From: Amoebidium appalachense
Lineage: Eukaryota; Protista; Ichthyosporea
Assembly (NCBI GenBank): GCA_963693365.1
Contig: CAVNZM010000010.1
Location: 9,072,554 to 9,136,553 of the forward strand
Direction of reading: 5' to 3'
DNA: 64,000 nucleotides
The position numbers and the translations under genes are program-made. Under the pieces are notes generated by a model. That model was not told the DNA's origin and ran no database searches. It saw only the letters and a list, made by a program, of their open reading frames with translations. This document shows positions 61,906 through 64,000 of this stretch, one piece after another; positions within the stretch are counted from its first letter, which is position 1; each line of letters begins with the position of its first letter.

Positions 61906-62635
61906 GTTGCCTTAATGCAGTTCGGCACCGCAGACCTGGGGTGTCCACACCCACGGGACTAAAAGTGCCCGATGCCTTGCCCCTATCTCTAAATCCTTAA
62001 CACCGCAAAAAGAAGTGAGCTTTTCGAAGCTAGGACTAGTGCAGAACAATGCTTCCCCTATACTTATAACTATAAACCGAAACCGGACCTCTGTTCAAAC
62101 CTAAAACAAAAACACGTCTACATACACTCAAGGCCCTGTACATGTGCGTTTTGTGAAGGGAGTTGGGCACGGCCCTCTGAAAAAAAGAGGGCCGTGGTTG
62201 GGTCGTGATTACGTAAGCGGGCGTCATATCACGCAGAATGCATTGCCGGTTACAAAGGCATGTCATATCGAAAGCGGCAACAAAAATCTGGGTTGTAGTC
62301 TGGATTGGCTTATGGTTTACGCAAACTTTTGAGCGGGCATTTTCACTTCAAAACGACACAGACAAAATGAAGCCAAACCTTCGTGTGGGCACTGGGGATG
62401 TTAGCGAGCGCTGTAGCTAGGCACATCGTAGGGAGCTTGTACCGGGAAATTCAAGGGTACAGGCAGCGTAAGAGACAAAAATAGCGTAGTCATATTGCGG
62501 TCTGCTCACTTAGCATGGTATCTTTGGCTTGATCTTAGCAGTTAAGGTTTAAAGGAGGTTTACGTTTTGTGCAAGGAGGCTAGCTGTTTACAGCCCATAC
62601 TCCTGTCTGCACGGCTGCTGCCGTCTGTCGCCGCC

Positions 62636-62647
62636 ATGTTCTTCCAG
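62636..62647 (+). CDS. Probable 12-nt first exon (MFFQ) of a gene continuing beyond the window; possibly RNA polymerase II subunit RPB7
   Basis: GCCGCCATG Kozak context followed by TTC TTC CAG|GTAAGC consensus donor. The identity is a guess from the MF(Y/F)x start. Confidence 0.35.
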
Positions 62648-62971
62648 GTAAGCTTTGCAGTCAAGTGATACACCTAATATAATGTTGGTGCGCGCTAAAA
62701 GGGTTGTAAAAGAACGTGGGTGCGTTGGTGGGTGTGTTGTGTGAATGAGTGCGGGCGCAAGCCTGCCCGCATGCCTACCTGCCCTGGTTGGGTGCGTGCA
62801 TGCGTGTGTGCGCGCGTGTGTGCATGCGTGTGTGTGCGTGTGTGCGTGTGTGCAAAGTAAGTGTGCGCGTGCCTACGCATGTGTGTGTGTGGCATGTGCT
62901 TGTGTGTGTGTTTGTGTGTGTGTGTCTGGTCTGTGCGTGCCTGTGCGTGTGTGCGTGCGTGCGTGGGATCG

Positions 62972-63075
<104 letters not shown>

Positions 63076-63246
63076 GTCATGTCTGCGCATGTGCCTGTAC
63101 GGATTTTATTTTGGAGTGCTTTTTAAAGACTATGTGGATGCACAAATGACGCACTTGGACAAAAAGAAGAGGGGCAGTGTGCCGTGAAATGGTGGTGTTT
63201 TTTCTTTCTTTTTTCTTTTTTTTTCTTTTCTTTCTTTCTTTTTTTT

Positions 63247-63277
<31 letters not shown>

Positions 63278-63338
63278 GGTGAGGGGGTGGCGGTAGGGGG
63301 GGGGCAGATAGAGAGATATAAAAGCGACAAATACACAT

Positions 63339-63472
<134 letters not shown>

Positions 63473-63507
63473 GTGGTTGAGTGGGTGGCAGAGGGATAGA
63501 GGAGAGT

Positions 63508-63555
<48 letters not shown>

Positions 63556-64000
63556 GTGGTTGAGTGGGTGGCAGAGAGATAGAGGGAGGGGGTAGAGAGA
63601 GGGAGGTCGGGGAGAAAGAAAGAAAGGGAGGGAGGGAGGGAGAGAGAGGACGGGGGGGAGGAGGGGAGTAGGGAGGGATGGAAAGAGAGAGAGAGCAGCA
63701 CCTACGCCCAAGCTGACACGGGCACACCGAACCTTCTATATCCCCCTCTTCTTTATACCAAATAGAGGCACTACTTTTATTCCTGAAATAGCAGTCAGTC
63801 AATTGTTTGCATAACTACCCTTGTACTGGCTGGCTTTCTTCTGCACGGGGTTTGCTGTGCCTGCCCCACCCTCCCCCAACTCCCTCCCCACCCATCCACC
63901 CACACATTTTTCTTGAAACTCAGCAGGCATTACTTTGTGCTTCAGCCTGTAAGCTTCACTCGTTCCTCTTTTCACATGCATCACCCGAGCACACACTCCC

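Overview
Eukaryotic nuclear DNA, probably from a unicellular opisthokont/holozoan (inference from gene content; the taxon cannot be fixed from the sequence). Short GC-rich exons sit in long introns filled with (AC)/(GT) microsatellites and G/C/A homopolymers, so almost all ORFs in the supplied track are artefacts. Splicing GT-AG introns by hand with phase checks gives these genes: the 5' part of a TLC-domain membrane protein; a bacterial-type GH20 chitobiase with a hidden last exon encoding a GPI-like tail; an 8-exon RING-variant/coiled-coil protein; a 13-exon homeodomain-like (Hox-type) ceramide synthase; a short 6-exon BAP31-like ER protein; a GT49 (LARGE/B4GAT1-like) glycosyltransferase; an intronless bacterial-like isochorismatase-family hydrolase; a BACK-like protein; a nuclear-encoded mitochondrial-type uS19; a CYHR1/ZFTRAF1-like RING protein; and a 12-nt first exon of a gene running off the right end. 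Non-coding features are two MITE-like elements, a degenerate tRNA-Ala, a short dispersed repeat family attached to poly-G tracts, several minisatellites and recurrent GTGACGTCAC promoter palindromes. Exon models were built by eye without RNA data.
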